From positions 32,001-96,000 of the IMG/VR virus record IMGVR_UViG_3300022917_000008: a stretch of 64,000 nt of DNA; one strand, written 5' to 3'. A model generated the notes under the pieces. It was given only the letters and a program-made list of their open reading frames with translations. It ran no database searches and had not been told where the DNA came from. This document shows positions 41,701 through 51,116 of the stretch, one piece after another. Within the stretch, counting starts at the first letter, position 1, and every line of letters starts with the position of its first letter. Position numbers and translations under genes: made by a program. Origin of the DNA: a virus (Duplodnaviria > Caudoviricetes).

Positions 41701-43009
41701 GGCTAACCACATCTCATTCCACACCTTCAATTGCTCCATGTGTGTACTATTGGCTGGTAATGACTTGTACTTCATATGATTGAGGTTTAATTGGTTAAGT
41801 GGTTGTACTGTTGGGGCTCATGCCTCTGGCATTTCGCCTGTTAGTCAGGTATCTGTTTCAAATGGCCTGTTCCTTGTGGATACTCATCAGCCAGCTCACT
41901 GAGTGATGTACCTAATAGTCTTATTAATTGACTATCTGAACCATTTATCACCTCTGTTATGTTGGACACAATGGCCTCAGCTAGTGTAGTATTAAATCCT
42001 TTTGATACTAGTATTCTGATTAGGTCAATATCTGCTTGTGTGGCCATAGAACTGAGTATTTAGTTATGTGATCAATTAGTATGAGGAATATGATGAAGTA
42101 CGGATGACTTGTAGATGTGATGTGGTGTTGATGCAGATCAAATAAACACTCATAATCAATGAGTTATACATCAGATGACTGTGTTTCACGTGGAACATAG
42201 CACAATAATCATAAGAGCTTGGTATATTTTCTCTCTGAGTTGTGAGATAAGAGAAAAATTACACCAAGAAATAGGGTCAATGACCTATTCTGTGATGTAA
42301 TTAACTAACATTCAGTGATACACTGAGAATACGAGACCAGAATTGGCCTTAGTTGTTAGACTGCTAAGGCAAACAATGCAGTGCCTTGAGGCATTAGCCT
42401 GATCATGTTGGCTGTCTTACTGTCAACCCCTTCGAATTCCAGGCTTGACATGTTCAGGAACTCACCACTCTTGGAAGGTGTGAGAACTGCCTTGGCAATG
42501 ACTGGCTTTCCAACAGGAATGTGAGTTGGAATGTTAGTGATTGCGCTCTCCAAAGGGAAGAATGTACCAAGGTCAGTGACTACAATCTTAGTCTTCCTGC
42601 CATCAGTGGTGCTCTTCCAGCCTCCAATGGATAATACCTGAATCTCAACAGTCTCAGACTTGGAATTCTTGCTTGCTTCGAGGTTCTTAGCAATGAGTTG
42701 CTCTACAAGGCTAAGTGGTTTTGCTGCTGGTGTGTTGTTCTGTTCCATGATAAATGAAATTTAGATGTAAATAAAGTGATTCCAAACACCACATGGGATT
42801 TGATCTCACAGTATAGGGGGTACCCCCAACTCCAGATTCTGCATGGGGTTGGTGATGGGGAAGGTACTTACATCTCTACGTACTATAAACTTGGTACCAT
42901 ACAGGTACTTACACTCGTGTATACCAATTAGAACAAGGGTGGGGGTATCTTATATACAACCAAACATAGGGGGTTATTTATTTGGAAGTACCAACTAGGG
43001 GGTGTATAT

Positions 43010-44077
43010 TTGTGTATAAACAAATCAACAAGTATGAACAACCCAAATGACACATTAGAGTCTGCAGCTATTGACCAGATAAAAGGGGCAAACCAAAAGG
43101 CCTTAGCAGGTAAGGTAGTAGACAGTGAACAGCCAGTAACTCCACAGAAGCCTATGTCAATAGAGCAGTACACACAGGCACTAAAGAAGGAGCATGAGGT
43201 AGCCAGGCTTAGGGCAGGCATAGCAAAGTTCATGTTTGAAGAGAACATGGCTATGGTACAACTCAATCAGCTAAGGGCTGGACAACACATGGTGCAGCAA
43301 GCACAGATGCCTGATAATCAACCAACTGAGGAAATCCCACAAACTGAAGACAATGGAGATCAAGGATAATCAATACAAGGAAGCACCATCAGGTCCTCCT
43401 GTGTTTCTAGCCCCAGCTGATGCTCCTGACAGGGATGCATTAGAGGCTTATAGGCATGGGTTAATGGAGAGGGTATGTAACCTTGATCCTGAGATTGGAC
43501 TGACTATTAGGAAGGACCTAATAGAGTTTGATGAGCAGCAGACAGCAGTATGGAGCTTGGATAGGATTCAGGATCAGCCTACTGATTGTTTGAGGGATTT
43601 GATAGTGAGGGTAGAGAACACAGAAGACATTCTTAAGGAAGACCCAAGACTACTGTAATGGAGCATTTACATGAACCTGAGATAGACCCTCTGGATATAG
43701 ATAGGCCTGGATACTATACACCCAGGATAGAAGAATTATTCTTCAGTTGTGAAGTAGATGTGTATGAAGGAGACAAGTGGATGTCCTATATCATAGATGA
43801 GGAGTTTGATCTGAACAACATATCAAGCTTTAGTCTAAGGATGAAATACTTACAGGCTAAGGATGTGATGGAACTAGGGTTTGCAAGAGTAATGCCTAAC
43901 ACTCCTATGTATCAAAGAGGGTCTTACACTATTACTACATACAGGCTACTTGATCCAACTTATAGCAGAGTGAAGATCAGTCAGAATGGTGTGACAGTGT
44001 TTGAGGGTCATGTGAAGAACAAGTCAGAGTTAAGAAGGATTCTGATACTTAATGAAATAAATTTTGCTGATAACTAA
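43010..44077 (+). other. Three hypothetical genes opening the plus-strand block (43010-43369, 43353-43658, 43658-44077)
   Basis: Overlapping ORFs downstream of TATATTTG near 43005. Confidence 0.7.
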
Positions 44078-44093
44078 GGAAGGAGTATATTTG
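44063..44093 (+). promoter_or_regulatory. Bacteroidota-type promoter for leader 1
   Basis: TTTG (44063) N19 TATATTTG (44086); ATG 3 nt later, so probably leaderless. Similar elements at 44806-44836, 50897-50928, 52742-52773 and 53850-53881. Confidence 0.75.
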
Positions 44094-44096
44094 GGT

Positions 44097-44192
44097 ATGC
44101 AACAACATGCAATAGATATGGCCAATAGAGAGATCAGGGTGAAGAAAAGCTCTGAGGGTATGCTATTTGCTAGACTAGATTACACAAGTTAA
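44097..44192 (+). CDS. Leader peptide 1 (MQQHAIDMANREIRVKKSSEGMLFARLDYTS), putative attenuator
   Basis: Translated by hand; codons 5-17 encode only amino acids of the downstream tRNA block; carries antiterminator 44149-44160. Confidence 0.8.
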   Translation: MQQHAIDMANREIRVKKSSEGMLFARLDYTS

Positions 44193-44215
44193 CAGGTTCC
44201 TAAGCAATAAGACTA

Positions 44216-44255
44216 CCCCCAGAGCAGCCAAAAGCTACCTGGGGGTTTTTGTTTT
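44216..44255 (+). terminator. Intrinsic terminator of attenuator 1
   Basis: CCCCCAG...CTGGGGG then TTTTTGTTTT, immediately before tRNA-Lys. Confidence 0.85.
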
Positions 44256-44257
44256 AT

Positions 44258-44329
44258 CCCCTTGTAGCAAACAGGTGTAGGCAAGAGTCTTTTAAACTCT
44301 GGGGTTTGGTTCAATTCCAAACAGGGGGA
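44258..44329 (+). tRNA. tRNA-Lys (TTT)
   Basis: AGAGT-CTTTTAA-ACTCT; terminal stem CCCCTTG/CAGGGGG. Confidence 0.85.
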
Positions 44330-44332
44330 CAA

Positions 44333-44405
44333 GCTGTTATAACTCAACAGGTAGAGTAATTGATTCTTAATCAATGAGTTCTAGGTTCGAGCCCTAGTAG
44401 CAGCA
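44333..44405 (+). tRNA. tRNA-Lys (CTT)
   Basis: ATTGA-TTCTTAA-TCAAT; GCTGTTA/TAGCAGC. Confidence 0.9.
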
Positions 44406-44406
44406 C

Positions 44407-44580
44407 ATGATAACAATACACACAGGAGCAGGTGGTATGGAGCTATTCCAAGAAATGATGGATAGGGAACTTGGATATGAAAGAGTATATCTTAGGAAGG
44501 TGCCAAGAATACTAAAGTCTAAGTTCAAAAAGAGTCCCTACACAGGGAAGTACTATAAAAGGATAAAGATGCCCCTTTAG
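44407..44580 (+). CDS. Small hypothetical protein (MITIHTGAGGMELFQEMM...)
   Basis: 57-aa ORF whose TAG stop lies inside tRNA-Val. Confidence 0.55.
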   Translation: MITIHTGAGGMELFQEMMDRELGYERVYLRKVPRILKSKFKKSPYTGKYYKRIKMPL

Positions 44581-44642
44581 CTCATTGGTAGAGCTTGTCC
44601 CTTACATGGATAGAGTAGGGAGTTCGATTCTCTCAGGGGGTA
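44571..44642 (+). tRNA. tRNA-Val (TAC)
   Basis: TGTCC-CTTACAT-GGATA; GCCCCTT/AGGGGGT. Confidence 0.85.
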
Positions 44643-44647
44643 CTAAT

Positions 44648-44719
44648 GCACCTGTAGCTCAATGGTAGAGCTGCAAACTTCTAATTTGCAGGCTGGAAGT
44701 TCGACCCTTCCCAGGTGTT
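44648..44719 (+). tRNA. tRNA-Arg (TCT)
   Basis: GCAAA-CTTCTAA-TTTGC; GCACCTG/CAGGTGT. Confidence 0.9.
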
Positions 44720-44725
44720 CTATAA

Positions 44726-44798
44726 GGCCAGTTAGCTCAGTGATAGTAGCAAGAAGCTGTTAACTTCTAGGTCCTAGGTTTGATCCCTAGACTGGCCT
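44726..44798 (+). tRNA. tRNA-Asn (GTT)
   Basis: AGAAG-CTGTTAA-CTTCT; GGCCAGT/ACTGGCC. Confidence 0.9.
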
Positions 44799-44840
44799 CA
44801 GATATTTTGTTCTTTGGAATAAACTTCATACATTTGTATT

Positions 44841-45230
44841 GTGACACAAAGAGAACAAACAATAGCAACCAAGTTCCTATATTTGATAGGAGTAACTAAG
44901 GGGCAGATATTTGCCAAGTGTAAGAACTGGCAGTCAGCTAGAACAACCATAAGGAGACATGCTGTGAAGATATATGAGACCTCAGGGAAGCCAAAAGCAT
45001 GTAACTCTTGTGGATATGATAAGCATTATGAAATATGTCACATAAGGGCTGTGTCTGACTTTCCAGATGAAGCCTTAGTTGAAGAGATAAATAGTATAGA
45101 CAACCTGATGGCACTATGTCCAAACTGTCATTGGGAGTTTGACAATTTAGATTGTGGGGTGGATGTAACGGTAACACAAGACTCTCATAAGGTCTTAATT
45201 GACAGTTCGATTCTGTCCCCCGCAACGTAA
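44841..45230 (+). CDS. HNH endonuclease, 3' end overlapping a tRNA
   Basis: CNSCG...EICHI...NSIDNLMALCPNCHWEFD. Confidence 0.85.
   Translation: MTQREQTIATKFLYLIGVTKGQIFAKCKNWQSARTTIRRHAVKIYETSGKPKACNSCGYDKHYEICHIRAVSDFPDEALVEEINSIDNLMALCPNCHWEFDNLDCGVDVTVTQDSHKVLIDSSILSPAT
45153..45225 (+). tRNA. tRNA with CAT anticodon (Met-like)
   Basis: AGACT-CTCATAA-GGTCT; TGTGGGG/CCCCGCA. Confidence 0.8.
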
Positions 45231-45327
45231 CACAACAAAACTTGGAGCACAAGTATCTACTCATAAAAGGAGTGCTTAGGGCATAGGCTGGTGACTTCAG
45301 TAATAACCCTTCCAGTGAGAGTAGATT

Positions 45328-45399
45328 AGTACTATCGTCTAGTGGCTAGGACATTGCACTTTCACTGCAATAAAGGGGGATCGAAACCCCCTAGTACTA
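45328..45399 (+). tRNA. tRNA-Glu (TTC)
   Basis: TTGCA-CTTTCAC-TGCAA; AGTACTA/TAGTACT. Confidence 0.9.
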
Positions 45400-45406
45400 C
45401 AACCAT

Positions 45407-45483
45407 AGCCTCAGGGGCTGCTAGAAGTGGCCACTCCCCTGTCACGGGAGAATATCAGGAGGGTTTGAATCCCTTTGGGGCTG
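45407..45483 (+). tRNA. tRNA-Asp (GTC)
   Basis: CTCCC-CTGTCAC-GGGAG; AGCCTCA/TGGGGCT. Confidence 0.85.
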
Positions 45484-45484
45484 C

Positions 45485-45616
45485 ATGAAAGAGACATTCA
45501 ACAGGATATGGAATGATCCAGTGGGATCAGATATCATAGCTGGACTGATAGTGTTAGTAATAGCATTTGTACTATCCAGAGTATTCAACATCAAGATTCC
45601 TCATTTTGACCCTTAG
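45485..45616 (+). CDS. Small single-TM protein
   Basis: MKETFNRIWNDPVGSDIIAGLIVLVIAFVLSRVF...; TAG stop inside the next tRNA. Confidence 0.55.
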   Translation: MKETFNRIWNDPVGSDIIAGLIVLVIAFVLSRVFNIKIPHFDP

Positions 45617-45679
45617 CTCAATAGGTAGAGCAGGATACTCATAATATCAAGGTAGTGGGTTCAAATCCCTCAGGGTCAA
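45607..45679 (+). tRNA. tRNA with CAT anticodon (Met, or Ile2 if lysidine-modified)
   Basis: GATA-CTCATAA-TATC; TGACCCT/AGGGTCA. Confidence 0.8.
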
Positions 45680-45691
45680 CAAACTAACATT

Positions 45692-46471
45692 ATGTTCTAC
45701 GTATTGCAAGAGAATGTTTTCAAGGAGTCCCATCATGAACTAATAATGAACTGGATGGAAAAGGCTGGAATAGAGCATGAAGTAATCAAGTTCAGACCTT
45801 TCACAGACACATTAGAAGTAGAGACTAAGAGGAAGGACATATGGTTATGGGGATCAGTTAGTGCATCCAGGATAGCTGAGAAGTACGGATGGTCTCCTGG
45901 TAGTATGTACAATGACAATCATGACCTTGAGGTCTACTCCAAGTACTATGGTGAGAACATGCTAAACCATGATGGTGTGGTAATGAGAGTTACTGATCCA
46001 CTCCCAGATGGTTTAGTCTCATTCTTTGCTAGACCAACTAAGGATACTAAGGCATTCACAGGACAGGTCTTTGATGCTAAGGAATGGAATGAATGGGTAG
46101 ATGATATGACTAGGGCAGGCTTAGTTAGAAGCTTCAGTAAGGATACTAAGGTACTACTAGCGCCTCTCAAGTTGATACAGCAAGAGGTAAGGTGCTGGGT
46201 GATAGGAGGTAAAGTAGTGTCTGCAAGTAGATATAAGATGCATGACAGGATACAATACCAGAACTATGATGATGAGACTTTCTACACTGACTTTGCCCAG
46301 AAGATGGCAGACATTTATTGTCCAGCAGAAGCCTTTGTGATAGATGTATGTTTGGCTGAGGGAGAACTTAAAGTGGTAGAAATCAACTGCATAAACTGTT
46401 CTGGTTTCTATCATATGAACGTAGATAAAGTAATGAGTGCTCTTGAGACTCATTTTGGCAATGTCACATAG
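45692..46471 (+). CDS. ATP-grasp domain protein (DUF4343-like)
   Basis: FARPTKDTKAFTGQV, EVRCWVIGGKVV, FVIDV, VVEINCINCSGFY. Confidence 0.8.
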   Translation: MFYVLQENVFKESHHELIMNWMEKAGIEHEVIKFRPFTDTLEVETKRKDIWLWGSVSASRIAEKYGWSPGSMYNDNHDLEVYSKYYGENMLNHDGVVMRVTDPLPDGLVSFFARPTKDTKAFTGQVFDAKEWNEWVDDMTRAGLVRSFSKDTKVLLAPLKLIQQEVRCWVIGGKVVSASRYKMHDRIQYQNYDDETFYTDFAQKMADIYCPAEAFVIDVCLAEGELKVVEINCINCSGFYHMNVDKVMSALETHFGNVT

Positions 46472-46533
46472 CTCAATGGTTGAGCACCAATCTGATAAGT
46501 TGGGGGATGTAGGTTCAAATCCTACTGTGACAA
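46462..46533 (+). tRNA. tRNA-Ile (GAT)
   Basis: CCAAT-CTGATAA-GTTGG; TGTCACA/TGTGACA. Confidence 0.9.
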
Positions 46534-46536
46534 CTA

Positions 46537-47074
46537 TGAAACAAGAAATACTAGATGCAGGATGGAAGTACTATCAGAGCCCATATCTAGCTGAGAAGTA
46601 CAGAGAGGGGGTATATGAAAAGGGCAACTACTGGATGAAGATAAATGAAGATAGCAGAGACATAACAGTGATTGCACAAGACCCAGTAAAGCTACTAGAT
46701 GAGGGATGGGTATACCCAGAGAATTTTAAACTCTGTGTTCCTTATAAAGGGCCCAAAACACTAGAAGGCTTGGATAAACTACTAGATTTATGATGCTCCA
46801 ATTGAACCCTATACTACCAGTTTTCGTTCCTAGGTTCAACATAGAGGGATTTGCCTTTCTTGTAACTAGGGAATCACAAGAGCATTATACAATCTTCACT
46901 GTGGCCTTAGACAATGGTGAGATATGGGACCTAAGTAACAGGGAGGTAAGGTTTTGTGTTAATCACACTATGGACAGATCATTTATTAACAAGGGGGACA
47001 CAATATTCAAAGATGCTTTTAGACCACATAACAGGGCTGTTCCTGATGATAAAACACAGGAGAAGGGTAGTTAG
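46537..47074 (+). other. Two small hypothetical genes (46537-46793, 46790-47074)
   Basis: MKQEILDAGW... and MMLQLNPILPVF... joined by an ATGA overlap. Confidence 0.6.
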
Positions 47075-47176
47075 GTTCAAGGTACCCAGGGCTAAGGTAA
47101 TGCAGGTATACAGGTTCTCTAGGCCCAATGCCAAGGCTTTGTACTTAGGGCTGGGCAGGTTCATCTTTATCAACTA

Positions 47177-47246
47177 GGGCTAGATGCCAATGGCAGGTCA
47201 ACTCCCTTGCAAGGAGATTGTTTGGGTTCGACTCCCACTATGTCCA
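47177..47246 (+). tRNA. tRNA-Ala (TGC), irregular acceptor stem
   Basis: CTCC-CTTGCAA-GGAG; G3-U70 present; TGGG-TTCGACT-CCCA. Confidence 0.75.
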
Positions 47247-47302
47247 CTAATTTAATCCCAAGTATGGAGTTAATTTTGTATCTTTATTTGTAAAGATATA
47301 CT

Positions 47303-48673
47303 ATGGCTACTGCAACAATAAATTGGGTACCCACCAATGGAAGTGGGTATGAAATATGGTATGGTAAGCTAACTATGGTTGGCACTACTTTCTTACCTCC
47401 TTCTACAGGCTGGATACAAGCTCCTGGTTCACCTTTTGATTCTACTCTGGGTACAGCTACTATCAATGGACTGGATGACAACACTCAGTACAGGATAGTA
47501 ACTAGGGCTGACTGTACATCTGCTGACAGTCCATGGATTGATAAGAGTGTGGACAAGATAGTCTGCCCTACTTTCACTGTAGTAGCTAATCCAGTAGGTG
47601 GAACAGATGTGGGAGCTTCAATCACAGCAAACATTAGCCTGTCTAATATTGTTGAATTTGGATTGATAGTCTCCTCAGTTACTCTCACTGTCAAGAAGAC
47701 AAGTGATTCTTCAGTAGCAGCAACTAAGGTATTCTCTGCTCCATATACAGACACTACTCTCACTAACACATTCACATCTTTACTTACTAATACCAGTTAC
47801 ACAGTATATCTGACTTTGCATGATAGTGTGAATTCAGTGGATGTTACATGCACAAATCATGCTGTAACAACACTTGCATTCATACCACCTCCTACATGTA
47901 CAGCTCCAACATTCTCTATTAGCAATATCACACAATCTTCTGCCTTAGTTACAATAACATCAACTCTTCTAACTGGGGACACATATGATATTTCTATCAA
48001 TGGTGGATCATCCTATGTCTATACAGGACTAACTGGGGCAACATTCAGTCTTACAGGACTAACCCAGGGCACTAATTATGTAGTTGTGGTAAGGAGGAAC
48101 TGTGCAGCTGGTAATCAAGGCATTAGCACAAGTCAGACATTCACTACTGCAAGTAACATCATACCAGCAACTATACAAGCTAATAGGAGTAATGGACAGA
48201 TCAATACTGGTGGTGGACCAAGGTGGCAGTATTCAATGGTAATAACATTCCAACAACCTACACCATTCCCCATTACTATTTACTTTGGTCAGTCTGTGAT
48301 TGTAGGACAAGTAGGTGGAGGACAGTGTAGGTACAGTCAGGGATATGATATGTATACACCTCCAACTACAGGACCAATAGCTTGTTGTTTTGGTGGATGT
48401 ACATATCCAGCTCCAAACTCTAACAAGCCTTGGAGGATAGATGTACCTGCAGGTGTGGTCACATATACAGTACCATTTGACACTGCATTCAGAGATGGGG
48501 TCACTCATGCTGACTTGCAACAAGTGTGGTGTGTACAGGAGCCTGTGGGCACAGGTGCAGTGGATTACATTAGTGATTTGTGGATGAAGATTACTGCTCC
48601 TTCAGGATATTTCTGTAACTTCACTCCTGTACCTGGAGCACATACATCAGGGATAACAATACACAATCTATAA
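47303..48673 (+). CDS. Thr-rich protein with fibronectin type III-like repeats (possible virion decoration/adhesion)
   Basis: GLDDNTQY, SLLTNTSY and GLTQGTNY FN3 signatures. Confidence 0.75.
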   Translation: MATATINWVPTNGSGYEIWYGKLTMVGTTFLPPSTGWIQAPGSPFDSTLGTATINGLDDNTQYRIVTRADCTSADSPWIDKSVDKIVCPTFTVVANPVGGTDVGASITANISLSNIVEFGLIVSSVTLTVKKTSDSSVAATKVFSAPYTDTTLTNTFTSLLTNTSYTVYLTLHDSVNSVDVTCTNHAVTTLAFIPPPTCTAPTFSISNITQSSALVTITSTLLTGDTYDISINGGSSYVYTGLTGATFSLTGLTQGTNYVVVVRRNCAAGNQGISTSQTFTTASNIIPATIQANRSNGQINTGGGPRWQYSMVITFQQPTPFPITIYFGQSVIVGQVGGGQCRYSQGYDMYTPPTTGPIACCFGGCTYPAPNSNKPWRIDVPAGVVTYTVPFDTAFRDGVTHADLQQVWCVQEPVGTGAVDYISDLWMKITAPSGYFCNFTPVPGAHTSGITIHNL

Positions 48674-48674
48674 T

Positions 48675-49652
48675 ATGAGTTTGATTAAGGATTTCTGCAA
48701 ATGGTTCAATGGGGAAGAGGATGTTGACAATACCCTCTATGTGATTACAGTGGTATTCAATCCTTTCAATTTCAAGTCCAGGTACAAGTTGTACAGGGAG
48801 TTCAGGGAGTACATGTCTACACAGAAGAATGTGAGGCTTCTAACAGTAGAAGTAGCACTAGGGGATAGGCCATTTAGAGTAACTAGGGCCAATAACTCTT
48901 GGAATGTGCAACTAAGGACTGAGGAAGAGATGTGGCACAAGGAGGCAGCTATTAATAGAGGGTTCAAACATCTATTACACTTGGTACCTAATGCCAAGTA
49001 TGTTGGATGGTTTGATTCTGATGTTAGGTTTGCTAATCCAGACTGGGTTAAGGAGACTATTCATGCCCTACACAGGTACAAGATAGTCCAGCCCTTCTCA
49101 CAAGTTGTATACATGGATGCAAAGTATGAAGAGTTGTGGCATACACCAAGTGCACTGAAACACTACCATAACAAATTAGGATACTATCAATATCCCCAAG
49201 TACCTCCTGGGTATCTATGTGGAGGACATCCAGGGTTAGCTTGGGCTGCAAGAGTAGATACTTTCAGGAAACTAGGAGGACTAATGGACTTCTGTATAGC
49301 AGGATCAGCAGACACACACATGCTGAATGCACTACTGGGAGATGTCAACATATTCTACAAACCTGGTATGACACAGGTGTTCAGGACTGAGCTTAAGAAG
49401 TGGCAGGACAAAGCAGATGAGCATGTTAAACAAAATATAGGCTACGTCAATGGAATCTGCTATCATTACTGGCATGGGAAGAGTGAGAAAAGGGGATATG
49501 AGAAGAGGTGGGACATAATGAACTTTCATCAATTTGACCCTTCTACTGACATTGTGAGGGGTCATAATGGACTATGGAAGTGGGCTGGAAACAAGCCCCA
49601 GTTAGTCTATGATCTAAGGAAATCAATGTCAGAAAGGAATGAAGATGAGTAA
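48675..49652 (+). CDS. Glycosyltransferase-like protein (GT-A)
   Basis: WHKEAAIN.G, WFDSDV (DxD), GHPGLAWA, HYWHG. Confidence 0.7.
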   Translation: MSLIKDFCKWFNGEEDVDNTLYVITVVFNPFNFKSRYKLYREFREYMSTQKNVRLLTVEVALGDRPFRVTRANNSWNVQLRTEEEMWHKEAAINRGFKHLLHLVPNAKYVGWFDSDVRFANPDWVKETIHALHRYKIVQPFSQVVYMDAKYEELWHTPSALKHYHNKLGYYQYPQVPPGYLCGGHPGLAWAARVDTFRKLGGLMDFCIAGSADTHMLNALLGDVNIFYKPGMTQVFRTELKKWQDKADEHVKQNIGYVNGICYHYWHGKSEKRGYEKRWDIMNFHQFDPSTDIVRGHNGLWKWAGNKPQLVYDLRKSMSERNEDE

Positions 49653-50184
49653 TACACTGATAACACAGGACAGGTTAACAACTTTCTCCTTGCTAAGGCC
49701 CCTAGTTCCTAAAGAAGGATTAGTAGCTGAGGTAGGAGTATATAAGGGAGGATCACTTAAAGTACTAGCTAAACTGTTTGATGACACAGCAGTACTAGGA
49801 TTTGATACATTTGAGGGGTTACCTAAGGAGCAATGGATTGAGAGTGAGATACATGAGCCTGGTGACTTTCATGATACTACAATGAAGGATGTGCAGGAAT
49901 TCTTGCATGATTGTCCAAACGTGGTACTGATCAAGGGACTATTCCCAACATCAGCTAAGGGAATGGATGATTACAAGTTCAGGCTAGTACATTTGGATAC
50001 AGACTTTTATCTGGGTACAAAGTTATCACTAGAGTGGTTTTGGCCAAGGATGGAAAGTGGAGGTATTATAGTGTTTGATGACTATAAGTGGCCCAATTGT
50101 CCAGGTGTAGAACAAGTACTGAAGGAGTTTGGAGAACCTGTGCACCAAGCAGCAGATTATCAGGCATACATAAAGAAACCATGA
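49639..50184 (+). CDS. TylF/MycF-like SAM-dependent O-methyltransferase
   Basis: AEVGVYKGGS, GFDTFEGLP, KGLF, VHLDTD.Y, GGIIVFDDY. Confidence 0.85.
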   Translation: MKMSNTLITQDRLTTFSLLRPLVPKEGLVAEVGVYKGGSLKVLAKLFDDTAVLGFDTFEGLPKEQWIESEIHEPGDFHDTTMKDVQEFLHDCPNVVLIKGLFPTSAKGMDDYKFRLVHLDTDFYLGTKLSLEWFWPRMESGGIIVFDDYKWPNCPGVEQVLKEFGEPVHQAADYQAYIKKP

Positions 50185-50912
50185 CATACATACAGAACAA
50201 GGACGGACTTATAGGAGACTTCCTGGGATCAGTACCTGCAATGCAGGAGCTAGGTAGAAGGGACAAGCTAGTGGTACAGATTCATCCAGAGGCATTGAAG
50301 TTAGTACCTCTTATATACAACCCAGATGGGATTGTATTTACTGAGATAGCAACTGGGCAAGTGTCACATACAATCTACTCAGCTACTGCATTCCAGATTG
50401 CAACAGCAAAGAATCTGTACATGTCACAAGCATTCTTTGAGCAGGTGGGATTGGAGATTCCCCTAGTTGCTCCTAAAGCTGATTTAAGGCTCATAGAGGT
50501 CCATACTCCAACTTATGACTACATCATATCACCTTTTGCTAGAAGCCTACCAAGCAGCCAGAAATTGCCTAAGAGTGAATGGAAGCAGTTGGTGGATAGC
50601 ATGCCTAACAAGAAGTTCTGTGTAATTGGTACAACAGTGCATGATGATCCTGAGTTCATAGTAGGACCTAATGTGGAGACTAGATTTGATATGGACTTCA
50701 ACTATGTAGGTAGCCTGCTAAGGAATGCAACTAAGGGACTCATCAGTGTTGTGACAGGCACTTCTCATTTAGCATTTCACCTAGGAGTGAAGAACTGGAT
50801 ACTTAATAATCAGGACTTTGCATGGGGTACTAATCCAGATGGAGTATCAATCAGGGATCATATTCCAGCTCTATTTGGAGAAAAGATTAGAGAATATTTG
50901 GAAAATAGCTAG
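50181..50912 (+). CDS. GT9-like (heptosyltransferase-like) glycosyltransferase
   Basis: IGDFLGSVPAMQEL, ISPFA, ISVVTGTSHLA; start moved to ATG 50181 (ATGA overlap). Confidence 0.7.
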   Translation: MTYIQNKDGLIGDFLGSVPAMQELGRRDKLVVQIHPEALKLVPLIYNPDGIVFTEIATGQVSHTIYSATAFQIATAKNLYMSQAFFEQVGLEIPLVAPKADLRLIEVHTPTYDYIISPFARSLPSSQKLPKSEWKQLVDSMPNKKFCVIGTTVHDDPEFIVGPNVETRFDMDFNYVGSLLRNATKGLISVVTGTSHLAFHLGVKNWILNNQDFAWGTNPDGVSIRDHIPALFGEKIREYLENS

Positions 50913-50936
50913 GACTGCACTATATTTGTATTACAT

Positions 50937-51115
50937 GCGGGGGATACTTAGAGAGCCCTGTTCTCTTATAACCCTTTAATACAGCCATAAAAGCTGTCCC
51001 CCGTTCCATGGAGAGGTGCTTCTAAGCTTTAGGTTGGTGTGATCCCAACTCTCTCTGCAAATGGGTAGAAATAGCATAGAGCTGTCAGTTGGGTGTAAGC
51101 CCCACCTACCCACCA
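50937..51115 (+). ncRNA. Three tandem truncated tRNA-like units
   Basis: 50937-51008 GCGGGGG/CCCCCGT-TCCA; 51010-51059 GGAGAG/CTCTCT with a GGTTGG/CCAACT hairpin; 51062-51115 TGGGTAG/CTACCCA-CCA. Confidence 0.6.
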
Positions 51116-51116
51116 T

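Larger units (their letters stand above)
27510..42748 (-). other. Dense run of small co-oriented hypothetical (early/accessory) genes
   Basis: Roughly 40 short minus-strand ORFs with A-rich start contexts and frequent ATGA/TAATG overlaps; few recognisable motifs. Confidence 0.75.

Noticed and set aside
50-42000. Numerous plus-strand ORFs in the left block and minus-strand ORFs in the right block
   Set aside because: They are antisense shadows of real genes or tRNAs and show no recognisable motifs.
44407-44470. IHTGAGGMELF resembling a segment of crAss-like capsid proteins
   Set aside because: The match is short and recalled from memory; the relevant capsid region is outside the window, so it cannot be compared.
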